The notes: generated by a model from the sequence alone, not told the origin. DNA of 64,000 nt from a virus (IMGVR_UViG_3300020156_000001:362321-426320), one strand, 5' to 3'. Counted from the stretch's first letter, positions 30,509 to 40,460 are shown. Program-made: numbers and translations.

Positions 30509-30940
30509 TTAGCTTCCAGCCGTGCGGTAAACTTGTGCCTTACTTTGGGAAATTTCGCGATCAAACATTAAGCGCGGATCCTTATAGATGACCTTACCCG
30601 GCCTAATCACGTGAAAGTAAACGCGCTCTTGCTCCCAAACAAACTGCTGGATGATAATGCCGGCTGACATCCACTTCGCAACAATCTCAGAAGTTTGCTG
30701 ATCCCAGTCACCGCACGTTTGCGCAAAGTCAACTGGCTTACCAGATTCATAGCCAGCAAATTTCAACACGTTGTCGGTAAAGAGGCAAACCTCAGGAGAT
30801 CCATCTGGCGCCTTTGTGTCGTGAGAAAAGCTCCAGCCGGCTTTCTCGAAAAACCGAGTGATCTCGGCGTTTAAAGCCATTGCGTCTTTGATGACAACAC
30901 CATCGGCTGTCACTGTACTCATAACTTCAGAGCTACTCAT
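30509..30940 (-). CDS. Hypothetical protein (paralog of 30933-31376)
   Basis: Shares GW.F and KF.GYE...P motifs with its neighbour. Confidence 0.6.
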   Translation of the reverse strand: MSSSEVMSTVTADGVVIKDAMALNAEITRFFEKAGWSFSHDTKAPDGSPEVCLFTDNVLKFAGYESGKPVDFAQTCGDWDQQTSEIVAKWMSAGIIIQQFVWEQERVYFHVIRPGKVIYKDPRLMFDREISQSKAQVYRTAGS

Positions 30941-31376
30941 TTGTAAATTCCGAAATATCTTGTTGATCGAGGATCGCGCTGACGATGTCTACTTCCACAG
31001 CGTTGTCTGGGCTGATGAAATAGTATTCAGTTTCGTGACCTTCAACTTCGTGTGAGAGGATCAAGTAACCAAAGCTAATCTGACTAGCAATAACTTGAGC
31101 CTCTTCAATGCTGAAGAGGTCGTACATGGAAGGGTGTTCTGATGGTTCATCAGCTTCATAACCAAGGAACTTGAACACGCCCTTTTTCAAGTTAAGCTCA
31201 GAAACAAAAGGAACTTCACGACCAGCAGAAGTTTTGATAGTGCGGGGATAGACAGTAAAGTCCCAGCCCTTTTCATCCGAATAATGGTCATAAAGGGCTT
31301 CGTTAAAGTCCGCTGCATCTGTCTTGTACTTGAGGTCCTTTGACGCCATTGTACGAACAACGCTTGAGATACCCAT
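30933..31376 (-). CDS. Hypothetical protein
   Basis: AGGAG SD; 147 aa. Confidence 0.65.
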   Translation of the reverse strand: MGISSVVRTMASKDLKYKTDAADFNEALYDHYSDEKGWDFTVYPRTIKTSAGREVPFVSELNLKKGVFKFLGYEADEPSEHPSMYDLFSIEEAQVIASQISFGYLILSHEVEGHETEYYFISPDNAVEVDIVSAILDQQDISEFTNE

Positions 31377-31395
31377 TACAAACTCCTGTGGTTGG

Positions 31396-31421
31396 AAAAG
31401 CCGACCCTAAGGCCGGCTTTT
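31396..31421 (-). terminator. Rho-independent terminator
   Basis: aaaagccg...cggctttt. Confidence 0.65.
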
Positions 31422-31425
31422 AGGA

Positions 31426-32019
31426 TTAACCAAGTTCTGGGAACTTGCGGAAAACGTAACGCTGGATTGCGCGATACCAGCCGCCGAAGAGGCCCAGGAT
31501 TGCATCTACCAGCACCGAGAGGAAGTCGCCGAGGATAAAGCCAACAACCTTGAACGGCCAGAAGAGGATCTGACCAGCCATTACCGATCGGTCCATACTC
31601 AAGTTGTTCGATGGAAGGAAGTTGCCCTGCTGTTGCATGAACTCGCGGAAGTCCGCATAGTCCTCAGGTCGAAGAGGTCCAGAAATGCCACGTGCTGTAA
31701 AATACTTGGGCAATAGCTTTGCACGATGACTTTCGTACTCAGCGGCCTTTTTGCGCAAGTGGATAAACCATGCAAAAGTTGACCAAACCACGCCGATCAT
31801 CAGGTAAATCGAAAAGTACATGATCGCCGTTGGCCAATTTTCCCAAGTCCACGACAGCGGACTGTATTGGGTCAAGCTTGTAAAGACAAGCGCGGCGAGG
31901 ATGAAGAGAACAGCCGTTCCGTTGTTGCGACCGGTTGCGCCTGCGATCAGCGCGATCACCAGCATAAATGCTGCTGTTACGCCAACCCAGAAACCGGACA
32001 TTGCATATACAAAGTCCAT
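31426..32019 (-). CDS. Membrane protein
   Basis: About four hydrophobic helices; AAGGA SD. Confidence 0.7.
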   Translation of the reverse strand: MDFVYAMSGFWVGVTAAFMLVIALIAGATGRNNGTAVLFILAALVFTSLTQYSPLSWTWENWPTAIMYFSIYLMIGVVWSTFAWFIHLRKKAAEYESHRAKLLPKYFTARGISGPLRPEDYADFREFMQQQGNFLPSNNLSMDRSVMAGQILFWPFKVVGFILGDFLSVLVDAILGLFGGWYRAIQRYVFRKFPELG

Positions 32020-32030
32020 TGTGTTGATCC

Positions 32031-33413
32031 TTATTTTTGCCTAACGTCGCCAATCCAAGTATACCAGAAGGGACCAGTTGAATGGTCCTCAACTATTACA
32101 CCTAGCTGTTTTAATTGGCTTCGCAGATCATCCGCGAGAGACCAATTTCGTTCTGCTTTAGCATTGGTGCGTTCCGAAATCAACCGTTCAACAAGCTGCC
32201 GATCAACACCATTGTGGAACCAGGCATCAGGGTTAATAAGGCCGAGACCAACAAGTTCATATGAATTGCGAAGCTGTGACAAAAGCAGTGGATCAACCAA
32301 CGGCATATGGGATAGCAGCGTTGATTGCTTGTGCAAGTACATTAGATATCCTGAGGTGTTCAAGTCATCCTCAAGAAACTTTACCGTATCCGGTACCAGC
32401 CCTGCATCGGGAATCTGCGGAACGTCTCGGTGCGTGTAGAGGAGACGATAAATTTGATTCATATGCAGGTGCGCATTGCTTAGAGTATCGTGGTCATCGC
32501 GATGCTCCAGCGTGCTGCGGTAATGAGTCATCAACATCCAGTAACGAAGAGTTTCACCCGGATATTGCCGATTCAACGAGCTTACTGTGACAAAGTTCAT
32601 AGCTGACTTTGCCATCTTTGTGGAGTTCACCTTGACCATATCATTGTGAAGCCAATAGTTGGCAAGCTCAACACCATTTGCGCAATAGCTTTGAATGCTT
32701 TCTGCCTCATGGTGTGGAAATTTGAGGTCGCCGCCACCGCCATGAATGTCAATGGTGTCACCAAGGGTTGCCTTGATCATTGCGGAGCATTCAATATGCC
32801 AGCCTGGACGACCTGGTCCCCAAGGACTATCCCAATAAGGCTCGTTTGGTTTAGCCGGCTTCCACAGGACAAAGTCTGCTTCACTTTCCTTAGAAGAATC
32901 CATACCAAGTCGAGACACTGCGCTTTTACGTTTGGGCTCAAGCTTGACTGAGTCTGGTACGTTTGCCAATCGCATGTAGACGTTTTGTGTCTTTGTGCCC
33001 ACATATGCTTGATTGAGATCCAACAGGCGCTGGATCATTTCGATCATCTGATTAATGTATTTGGTAGCTCGCGGCCGTAGAGTTGGTCCCAACACGTTAA
33101 GCGAGGCCATATCCATTTCATACTTGTCAATGCTATTCCTAGTCACATCTTCGATTGACACGCCAGTATCATTGGCTTTCTTGATAATCTTATCGTCGAC
33201 ATCCGTATAGTTGCTTGCGTAGGTAACATGGTCTTCACCATAGGTGTGACGAAGCAAACGATAGAGAACATCAAACACAACGGCTGGACGAGCGTTACCA
33301 ATATGTGCGAGTGCATAAACGGTTGGTCCGCAAACATACATGCGAACATTCTTGGGATCCTGGGGAACAAACCTTTGGAGATTGCTTGTTTTGGTATTGA
33401 AAAGGCGGATCAT
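32031..33413 (-). CDS. cysS: Cysteinyl-tRNA synthetase
   Basis: MYVCGPTVY, HIGNAR, DFVLWK, PGWHIECSAM, HGGGGDLKFPHHE, KMAKS, and a C-terminal anticodon-binding helix (ADDLR). Confidence 0.95.
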   Translation of the reverse strand: MIRLFNTKTSNLQRFVPQDPKNVRMYVCGPTVYALAHIGNARPAVVFDVLYRLLRHTYGEDHVTYASNYTDVDDKIIKKANDTGVSIEDVTRNSIDKYEMDMASLNVLGPTLRPRATKYINQMIEMIQRLLDLNQAYVGTKTQNVYMRLANVPDSVKLEPKRKSAVSRLGMDSSKESEADFVLWKPAKPNEPYWDSPWGPGRPGWHIECSAMIKATLGDTIDIHGGGGDLKFPHHEAESIQSYCANGVELANYWLHNDMVKVNSTKMAKSAMNFVTVSSLNRQYPGETLRYWMLMTHYRSTLEHRDDHDTLSNAHLHMNQIYRLLYTHRDVPQIPDAGLVPDTVKFLEDDLNTSGYLMYLHKQSTLLSHMPLVDPLLLSQLRNSYELVGLGLINPDAWFHNGVDRQLVERLISERTNAKAERNWSLADDLRSQLKQLGVIVEDHSTGPFWYTWIGDVRQK

Positions 33414-33787
33414 GCTATCCCCACACATAGTTTAAAGTTTACTGCATCGCGTCTATTATAGAAGCCAACTGTCAAGTGGGTTCGGACGGCACCAGGAGTA
33501 TAGGCTTCCTCGTAAAACACGACTACGCATTTGGAAGTCAAAGATCGCTTGAGAAGGCTCTCTAGATCCTCTCCATTGATGTCCGAATGGAGACCAATCA
33601 TATAAAACGCATGTGTTATATTGGGCAGTGGGACATGGACCATATAGCGCACGGCATCAATGGGAATAAACCGTTGCCACCACTTCTGGTGGATTTTATA
33701 GCAGAGCATGTTGCTACGAGAAATGTGGCTGATATCAGCGCGTTTTGTAAACCGATGGAGGGCACCATACCGAGTCATATCAACCAA
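33410..33787 (-). CDS. Hypothetical protein (FKL family)
   Basis: Ends GFYNRRDAVNFKL. Confidence 0.55.
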   Translation of the reverse strand: MVDMTRYGALHRFTKRADISHISRSNMLCYKIHQKWWQRFIPIDAVRYMVHVPLPNITHAFYMIGLHSDINGEDLESLLKRSLTSKCVVVFYEEAYTPGAVRTHLTVGFYNRRDAVNFKLCVGIA

Positions 33788-34250
33788 ACTTCAGCTTAAA
33801 GAGAACTTGCTCTTTGTTGTCGGAAAAGCCAACCATTGCCACATCCGGCATATGGTTGCACCAATATTCGTAATTTTCCATACACTCGGCTACGATACCA
33901 ATCGCAAGCACAGAATCGCAGGAACGTTCTTTAATGTAATCGCGATAATGGAGGTCAGGTGCGTAAATGCAGCTTTTGCTATTTTCAATCCAAAAGCGAA
34001 CATCACCTTGCACGCGAATTTGTTCTGGGGGATTCTCCCATCGCAAAACCTTTATTAGGCTGCGGGAAGAGTATACCATATGGAAATCAAAGAGAACATG
34101 CTTGAGACCGTGCATCTCATCAAATTCGTCGGGAAGCTTTCCATGAAACAAACGATAGCGGTAGCGATGCCACTTACCATCTCTACGGGTTATGGTCCCG
34201 TATCGCTTGGCGAACCACAGCTTTAACAATCGGAACCAAGTCGGCATCAT
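33780..34250 (-). CDS. Hypothetical protein (FKL family); start uncertain
   Basis: Ends GFSDNKEQVLFKLKFG. Confidence 0.5.
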   Translation of the reverse strand: MMPTWFRLLKLWFAKRYGTITRRDGKWHRYRYRLFHGKLPDEFDEMHGLKHVLFDFHMVYSSRSLIKVLRWENPPEQIRVQGDVRFWIENSKSCIYAPDLHYRDYIKERSCDSVLAIGIVAECMENYEYWCNHMPDVAMVGFSDNKEQVLFKLKFG

Positions 34251-35028
34251 AGAATCCAGCCGTGCAAAACGAGTTAAGCTCCATTACCCCAAGAGAGCCA
34301 TCTTTCATAACTCCAACGTCTAAGGTGTAACAGGAGTCTGGCTGCCAGTCAAGCTTGGTAATAGTAGTGGCAAACTTGTAGATGTGATCGGGTACCACAT
34401 TTGCAACGGGAACAAAAAAGCTGCTCGGACCATAAGCCTCACTGGAGCTTACAATTTCACGATCAACTACCCAAAAGCGGTATTCAGCCACAAGATGCTT
34501 GATCGATGAAATCACACAAAGCGTTTCCGGCAACACCGAACTTGTTTGCTCCAACGCCCTCATATAATTATCGTAGTTGGTGCGTGGAATTGTCGTACCC
34601 GCAAATGTCTTCTTGTCGCTTACCGGCCGTACAAAAAGACCAATAGAGTCAAAGCGTTCCATCCACCAAAGGAAGTTCAGCTTTAAGTCGCTCCACGTGG
34701 TGATATTGTAGTCGCTGTTGATCAAAATATGGCGTGGAATATGAGCACTGGTGCTAGCCCAATCCGTGCCCGACCATCCATAGGCAAAGTGTGGAATCTT
34801 TAACCCACGAACAAACTGGATTGAGCCGTAAGCGATCACAATAGGATCGCCCACGACACAATACTCAGGAATATCGTAGAAGTTATTGATTATGTTCCGC
34901 GGAATATAAGCGTAGTTGATGCCAAGGCTTTTTACAGCTTCACCAAACCTATCTAGGTTATTGCTGAACTCCGGATTCAAATAATGCTGCGGAGATTCAA
35001 TTGCAAAGACTACATTATTCGCTGTCAT
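34183..35028 (-). CDS. ATP-grasp domain protein (R2K/DUF4343-like)
   Basis: FVRP...KTFAG, EYRFWVV, YTLDVG and MELNSF.AGFY motifs. Confidence 0.75.
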   Translation of the reverse strand: MTANNVVFAIESPQHYLNPEFSNNLDRFGEAVKSLGINYAYIPRNIINNFYDIPEYCVVGDPIVIAYGSIQFVRGLKIPHFAYGWSGTDWASTSAHIPRHILINSDYNITTWSDLKLNFLWWMERFDSIGLFVRPVSDKKTFAGTTIPRTNYDNYMRALEQTSSVLPETLCVISSIKHLVAEYRFWVVDREIVSSSEAYGPSSFFVPVANVVPDHIYKFATTITKLDWQPDSCYTLDVGVMKDGSLGVMELNSFCTAGFYDADLVPIVKAVVRQAIRDHNP

Positions 35029-36241
35029 TTTCGCTCAAGTAGTTCTTCCACTCGAGGCCACCAATTAGGTATCGAGCGCGATTTACATTGCCTTGACTAC
35101 CAGTAGCATCAATCATTTCCTTAATCAAATACTCGTAGATTTCCTCTTCAGTGGCGTCCTTGTCCCATGCTTTAAAGCAGAACAAGTAGAATTGCTTCCA
35201 GGCGCTGTTGAGGGTTTGTTCCGCAAAACGCTTTTTAGAACCATTCAAATTATCCTTGGACGCGGTAACATACCAATAGATATCCGATGCCTTTGCCCGC
35301 ATAAACTTGTCCATGTCCTTGTGGAACTTGTTTACTGCACCAACAAGGGTTTCCAGCATAAACGGCTTTGCATCATCAAGATCACCCGAGAGGATCAAGC
35401 GAATCACATCCTTCTCAAAGCGAAGGTTGTCAAACGTCCGGTGAATACGGCAGTACCACTCACCCTTGATCTTGTACATGGCACCATCATCAAAGCGGAC
35501 AATGTAACCTTCTTCACCTTCAAGCCCACGAACATGCTCGATAAACTCGTTAACATCGGTTACCGAATATGGCAGCACGCGCACCAAATCAAGCTTCCAT
35601 GATTCAGCCAGCTTTTGCATCATTGCATAGCTAATGTAGGAACCATCATCGTTCTTGCGAATACCCGTAAGTACCATACGATCCTGCGGACCATAATCCA
35701 AAATGATTCGTTGCTTGCGAGTGCACCATTCAAAGATTGGAGACCAACCCTGATCGGCCATGCAGCGGCAGAATGTTTCATAGTTTGGATTATCCTTGAG
35801 GAATTCTAGTGCAGTATTTGCCACACTAGTTACACCACGCTTGGTCATCCAAAGCACAGGCTTATCATCACCAAGAACCAACGGCGTAAGCATGGAGCCA
35901 TCAAGCTTTTCCATGATCAAGTGGGGCTGAGACCAGTTAATAACAGCGGGCTGGGTCTCAAGCTTTTCACCAATGTTAAAGAACTTGTGGTATGGGCGGC
36001 TGAGAACCTTTTTGGTTTCCCAATCGAACTTTAGTCCACGCGCTTCGCGCAATAGAAAGCGGCGCTCCCTTTCCTCAGGTGTTGCGGCAGTTGAAGGATC
36101 CGCAAAGGTTTCCTCAAACGCAACTTGATACATTACAAAGCCGTAGCCATGTGTTGGATCTTGATGTACTGCGATTTCAGGCATATCTTTGACTGCGTCA
36201 AGAAGAGGCTGGGCAGTGGTGAGGAAGGGGAAGTACGCCAT
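35015..36241 (-). CDS. RNA ligase, T4 Rnl1 family
   Basis: REARGLKF, RPYHKFFNIGE, EKLDGS, FEW, EGYIVRF and KIK.EWY motifs. Confidence 0.9.
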   Translation of the reverse strand: MAYFPFLTTAQPLLDAVKDMPEIAVHQDPTHGYGFVMYQVAFEETFADPSTAATPEERERRFLLREARGLKFDWETKKVLSRPYHKFFNIGEKLETQPAVINWSQPHLIMEKLDGSMLTPLVLGDDKPVLWMTKRGVTSVANTALEFLKDNPNYETFCRCMADQGWSPIFEWCTRKQRIILDYGPQDRMVLTGIRKNDDGSYISYAMMQKLAESWKLDLVRVLPYSVTDVNEFIEHVRGLEGEEGYIVRFDDGAMYKIKGEWYCRIHRTFDNLRFEKDVIRLILSGDLDDAKPFMLETLVGAVNKFHKDMDKFMRAKASDIYWYVTASKDNLNGSKKRFAEQTLNSAWKQFYLFCFKAWDKDATEEEIYEYLIKEMIDATGSQGNVNRARYLIGGLEWKNYLSENDSE

Positions 36242-36332
36242 GTCAGTTTTACCAGACTTATTGTTGTTATTTCTGGTACTCTAACAGGCATGGAAAACCA
36301 GAGTCACTATAAAAGTGCTCTGGTTAAAACTT

Positions 36333-36617
36333 CTAGTGTAGGAAGTAGCTAACTGGCTTACGTTCGGTTACATGAAGCGAACCACTAGCAAGTTTGAAAT
36401 GAACAGCTTCACGCGGATCATTGAATTTGAGGACAATTTGATAATCTTTGGTGCGATCAGGGTTTTGCGTAACAGACCAAACGCCTGTGCAATTGCGTAT
36501 ACACCAAAGTGAGAGCCAACTCTCAAATAGTGACAGTCGAGTGGCATCTTCCGTGCCTGTATCGACCATGATACTTATTTCGCGAGCACGCCCGCCAGGT
36601 TCGTCTATGGCATTCAT
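36333..36617 (-). CDS. Hypothetical protein (FKL family)
   Basis: GGAGG SD; FNDPREAVHFKL. Confidence 0.6.
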   Translation of the reverse strand: MNAIDEPGGRAREISIMVDTGTEDATRLSLFESWLSLWCIRNCTGVWSVTQNPDRTKDYQIVLKFNDPREAVHFKLASGSLHVTERKPVSYFLH

Positions 36618-36707
36618 AGTTGACCTCCACAAAGAGGAATTAACGAAGCCTTTGCTTACCTTTAAAGTAAGCGCATTCGTAACTTTGTCAACTTATTTAT
36701 CAATGCT

Positions 36708-37178
36708 TTAGTATGGAGACTTCAGACGTTGGTTAGCTTTGCCGTTGAATTGATACTCAAGTTTACCGGGGCGGTAAAGGCCACGATCAACATGGCTTAG
36801 GTCAAAGTCAAAGCGGTTGACCATAATGCGGGATAGCTCGTTGATCTTTTCCTCTGGTACAGTTACCATAGGCTTATCACAGCCCAACTGCTTGAGCGAA
36901 CGATCAATCAAGTGTACGCCAACACCACGGCCAACATACTCGGGACGGACACGAAGACAACGGAGCTTAGGCTCTTCTCCTCGTTTAACCAGTGCAACTC
37001 CAACAACTTGATCCAAATGCTCGGCAAGGATAACCTCGCTGTCTCCGGTCATCGTGCTTGGTACAACTTTGTTCCAGTACCAATCGTTGAAGTCCGGATA
37101 GAACACATCAAGACCAGAGGTCAATTCAAATGCCTTATAGCAGTCGAAGAGACTTTTGGAGATGCGATAGCTTATCAC
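36708..37178 (-). CDS. GNAT acetyltransferase
   Basis: Acetyl-CoA-binding motif A, LRVRPEYVGRGVG. Confidence 0.75.
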   Translation of the reverse strand: MISYRISKSLFDCYKAFELTSGLDVFYPDFNDWYWNKVVPSTMTGDSEVILAEHLDQVVGVALVKRGEEPKLRCLRVRPEYVGRGVGVHLIDRSLKQLGCDKPMVTVPEEKINELSRIMVNRFDFDLSHVDRGLYRPGKLEYQFNGKANQRLKSPY

Positions 37179-37498
37179 TGGTCTCTATGCTCCCATGCCC
37201 TGTGTCCGTCCTGCAGCTTGAAGAGGATCGCGTCATTCTTGTCCTCAAAGCGCACAACCACTTGGTAATCCGAGTAGGAACGTTGGTCGTGAAACTTGAA
37301 CATGCTATACGCGCCATTGCAATTTTTAGCAAGCCAGTCGTGAACATCCTGGATAGCGTTACCCGCTGTAGGTACGATAAAAGTAAGACGTGCCCATGAG
37401 GTATCAATCATTTGGTAGCTTCCTGGATTAGTAACTCGGGCCAGCTTGGAACCTTCAAGCGTTAGACCGGAGAAAACAACTTTGCTTGGCTTTTGCAT
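37175..37498 (-). CDS. Hypothetical protein (FKL family)
   Basis: GAGG SD before ATG 37498; RFEDKNDAILFKL. Confidence 0.6.
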   Translation of the reverse strand: MQKPSKVVFSGLTLEGSKLARVTNPGSYQMIDTSWARLTFIVPTAGNAIQDVHDWLAKNCNGAYSMFKFHDQRSYSDYQVVVRFEDKNDAILFKLQDGHRAWEHRDQ

Positions 37499-37668
37499 TA
37501 GGACCTCTTCTAATATCTGGATCCTAATGTGGGACAGACCAGGAGTCAATAATTTTAGATAAAATTTTAACTTCTTATTCACCCGCAGACGCTCATCCAT
37601 GCGTGTTTGCCAATTGTGCAAAGTATTACAAGAGCTTAGCTGAGTGCAGCGGATGATATGTCACAGGT

Positions 37669-37698
37669 AAAAAGACCGCCCCTTTCGGAGCGGTCTTT
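37669..37698 (-). terminator. Rho-independent terminator
   Basis: aaagaccgc...gcggtcttt with a U-tract on the minus strand. Confidence 0.7.
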
Positions 37699-37727
37699 CC
37701 TCAGAAGCGCATTATGCGTTGGAGACG

Positions 37728-38996
37728 TTATGACATCTTCTGATAGTACGCGGTGAGACCGAACGGAGCAACGATCTTGTCATTGCCGTGGATGACGAAC
37801 AGCGTATCGCACCATTCTTCATCACCCCAGGAACCGCCTGGGTAGCCGTCCGTGAACATCACAAACTTGTTTGGAAGCAGTTCGTCAAGCTCGATGTCGC
37901 TGTCAACGCTCATCGGTTCGCGCATAAACTCCCAGCAGGATTCGAACATCGTTCCGCCGCCGCCCTGGGGCACGTAGGAGTAGATTTCGTCCAAGTTCAT
38001 CGGAGTGAACTTCTTCGGGTTGTACACGCGAGTATCGAAAGTCCAAAGCCAAAGCTCGAACTCGTCGAACGTTTCCATGATGCCCTTAACTTCCGAGAGG
38101 AAGTCCCGCAGCATTTCATCGGTCATCGAACCCGACGTATCGATGGCGATTGCAACCGACACAGTATCCTTGAAGTTCTGGCCCGGCATAATGGTCGTTG
38201 CGAGAACATCGCCGCCAGCACTCCACGACCGACGCGATGGACGGTTGAAGGTGAAGTCGTCCTTGATGGAGCTTTGGATGTGTGCTTCAAGCAGCGCACG
38301 CCAGTCCATAACAGGGCTAGTGAACTCGTCGATCATGCGACGAACACCTGCCGGCACCTTACCCGCTGGCGAAGCTTGCGCAGCGGAGATGATTGCCGCC
38401 TTGAGCTCGTTGCGGATCTGTTGCTTGTCTTCTTCCGTTAGCTGCGGCGGACCGTTTTCATCACCCATAACAGTAACGGTAACAGTTTTCGAACCGCTTT
38501 TGCCGTCGCCGTCATCGTCGCCGTTGCCGCCTGCGAGGTCCAAGTGCTCGTCCAGCGTCATCTGTATCTTCGCGCTGTTCTTCTCCAGCAAGCGATATAC
38601 TTCTTCCGACGTCAGACCATCGTGATACTTGTCGTCGATCAGACCGCCCTTTGGCATGTCGCCGAGCTTTTCCTTCACGAGCGTGTAGTTGACGATGTAG
38701 TCGTTCGCCATGTTCCACAGCTTGTGATCACGCGAACCTTTACGACCAAGATGGTCGTAGACGCAGTGGAGAACTTCGTGGCCGAAAAGGAACGTTAGTT
38801 CGTTCGGCGTAAGCGACTTGATGAAATCGCGATTGTAATAGAAGTTTTTGCCGTCAGTTGCTGCGGTTTTGCACCACTTGGAAGCATCCACAAGGTGCAT
38901 TCGCGTTGCAAGGTTGCCGAAAAACGGCGAGTTAAAGAGCAGACCAACACGAGCAGTGGTCAGCGCCTTAACGATTGGGTCGTTGAAGCTTACCAT
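37728..38996 (-). CDS. VWA-like domain metallopeptidase (DUF2201 family)
   Basis: TAATDG, HEVLH zincin motif, WNMANDY, MIDAS DTSGS, GGGT and FTDG. Confidence 0.85.
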   Translation of the reverse strand: MVSFNDPIVKALTTARVGLLFNSPFFGNLATRMHLVDASKWCKTAATDGKNFYYNRDFIKSLTPNELTFLFGHEVLHCVYDHLGRKGSRDHKLWNMANDYIVNYTLVKEKLGDMPKGGLIDDKYHDGLTSEEVYRLLEKNSAKIQMTLDEHLDLAGGNGDDDGDGKSGSKTVTVTVMGDENGPPQLTEEDKQQIRNELKAAIISAAQASPAGKVPAGVRRMIDEFTSPVMDWRALLEAHIQSSIKDDFTFNRPSRRSWSAGGDVLATTIMPGQNFKDTVSVAIAIDTSGSMTDEMLRDFLSEVKGIMETFDEFELWLWTFDTRVYNPKKFTPMNLDEIYSYVPQGGGGTMFESCWEFMREPMSVDSDIELDELLPNKFVMFTDGYPGGSWGDEEWCDTLFVIHGNDKIVAPFGLTAYYQKMS

Positions 38997-39037
38997 AACG
39001 TCTCCTTATTCACTGGCTTTAATACCAGCTATCACGT

Positions 39038-39065
39038 ATAATAGCACCTACTTGCTCTGTGTCAA
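39038..39065 (-). promoter_or_regulatory. Sigma70-type promoter
   Basis: TTGACA-N16-TATTAT, with GC preceding the -10. Confidence 0.55.
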
Positions 39066-39089
39066 GTTTTGGTTTGATACAGAAAGCAA

Positions 39090-40385
39090 TTAATCTTCCA
39101 TATAAACAGTGCGACCGAACGGTGCGACAATATCCTTCTGCCATTCGTTGGAGATGACAAAGATCGTATCGCAATATTCGGGATCGCCCCATGACCCACA
39201 GGGATAACCATCAGAGAAGACCACAAACAATTCGGGCTGGATCTCCTCGTCACGCATGTAGGTCCAGTTTAGTGGGAAGTCATTGCCTCCGCCACCAAAC
39301 GCCTTATACGTGTTGATTTCGTCCGCGTTGTAGGGCGTAAACGTTTGGTGATTGTAGATGGCCGCATCAATGCACCAAATATGCAAGCGGTAGTCATCGT
39401 ATTGCTCGATAATACCCTTGACCTCGGTCAAAAACGCGGTGAATTTATCATCACCAATACTGCCGGAAGTATCCAGCGAGATGCAAATGTCAATGGTCTC
39501 CATATTCTTGGAGCCCGGCATAATCACACTTGCAAGCAACCCATCCGCTGTGGGCGACCAGCTACGCCGCGAAGGCTTGTGGAACGTAAAATCGTCCTTG
39601 ATCGTGCTTTGGATTGCCGACGTAAGAAGCTCTTTCCAGTTGATCGTGGGACTTGTAAACTCGCGGATCATGCGCTGGATTGCCGCGGGTGTGTTACCCG
39701 TGTTGACCTGCGAGCTGGAGATGATCGCAACCTTCATATCGTTACGTATCGCCGCAAGCTGATCGTCATTATAAACGGGCGGTCGTTTTGTGTAGTCTAC
39801 ACCTGTGGAAGCGCCTGGATCCAAATGCTGTCCCGCAGAACCACCACCGGCCGCGATAACAGTTTTGCCGTCATCATCGGAGTCGCCTTCACCATCCGAA
39901 CCATCAAGGTTCAAATGTTGGTCCATCGATTTTAAGCCTTTGAACTTGTTGGGGTTCTTTTGCTTTTGATCGAAGAGCAACCGATAAAGCTCCTCAGAGC
40001 TCATTTCATCGTTGTACTTGGTATCGTACAATCCGCCCTTGGGCATATCGCCGAGCTTGCATTGGACAAGCGTGTAGTTGACAATATAGTCGGTAGCTAT
40101 GTCCCAGCATTGCTGATCTCTACCGCCTCGGCGACCAATGTGATCTAGAGCGCAGTGCATAACAGCGTGACCAAACACAAACACAAGCTCATCCTGCGTT
40201 ACTGTTTTGATCCAGTCCCTGTTATAGAAGAAGTGTTTGCCATCCGTGGCAAAGCTTTCGCACCACTTGGATGCGTCAACAACTTCCAGCCGTGTAGCAA
40301 TGTTGCCAAAGAAGGGCTGGTTAAACAACATCCGCACACGCGCTGTTGTTATGGCCTTGATAATTGGGTCGCTAAAGTTGGGCAT
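39090..40385 (-). CDS. VWA-like domain protein (DUF2201 family) with degenerate zincin motif
   Basis: Paralog of 37728-38996 with HAVMH in place of HExxH; DTSGS and FSDG present. Confidence 0.85.
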   Translation of the reverse strand: MPNFSDPIIKAITTARVRMLFNQPFFGNIATRLEVVDASKWCESFATDGKHFFYNRDWIKTVTQDELVFVFGHAVMHCALDHIGRRGGRDQQCWDIATDYIVNYTLVQCKLGDMPKGGLYDTKYNDEMSSEELYRLLFDQKQKNPNKFKGLKSMDQHLNLDGSDGEGDSDDDGKTVIAAGGGSAGQHLDPGASTGVDYTKRPPVYNDDQLAAIRNDMKVAIISSSQVNTGNTPAAIQRMIREFTSPTINWKELLTSAIQSTIKDDFTFHKPSRRSWSPTADGLLASVIMPGSKNMETIDICISLDTSGSIGDDKFTAFLTEVKGIIEQYDDYRLHIWCIDAAIYNHQTFTPYNADEINTYKAFGGGGNDFPLNWTYMRDEEIQPELFVVFSDGYPCGSWGDPEYCDTIFVISNEWQKDIVAPFGRTVYMED

Positions 40386-40460
40386 GATCGATCCTTTTAG
40401 AATAGCAAAGAGGGCGGTCCCAGCTATGCCGAAACCGCCCCCTTCTACCTCATACCGACG

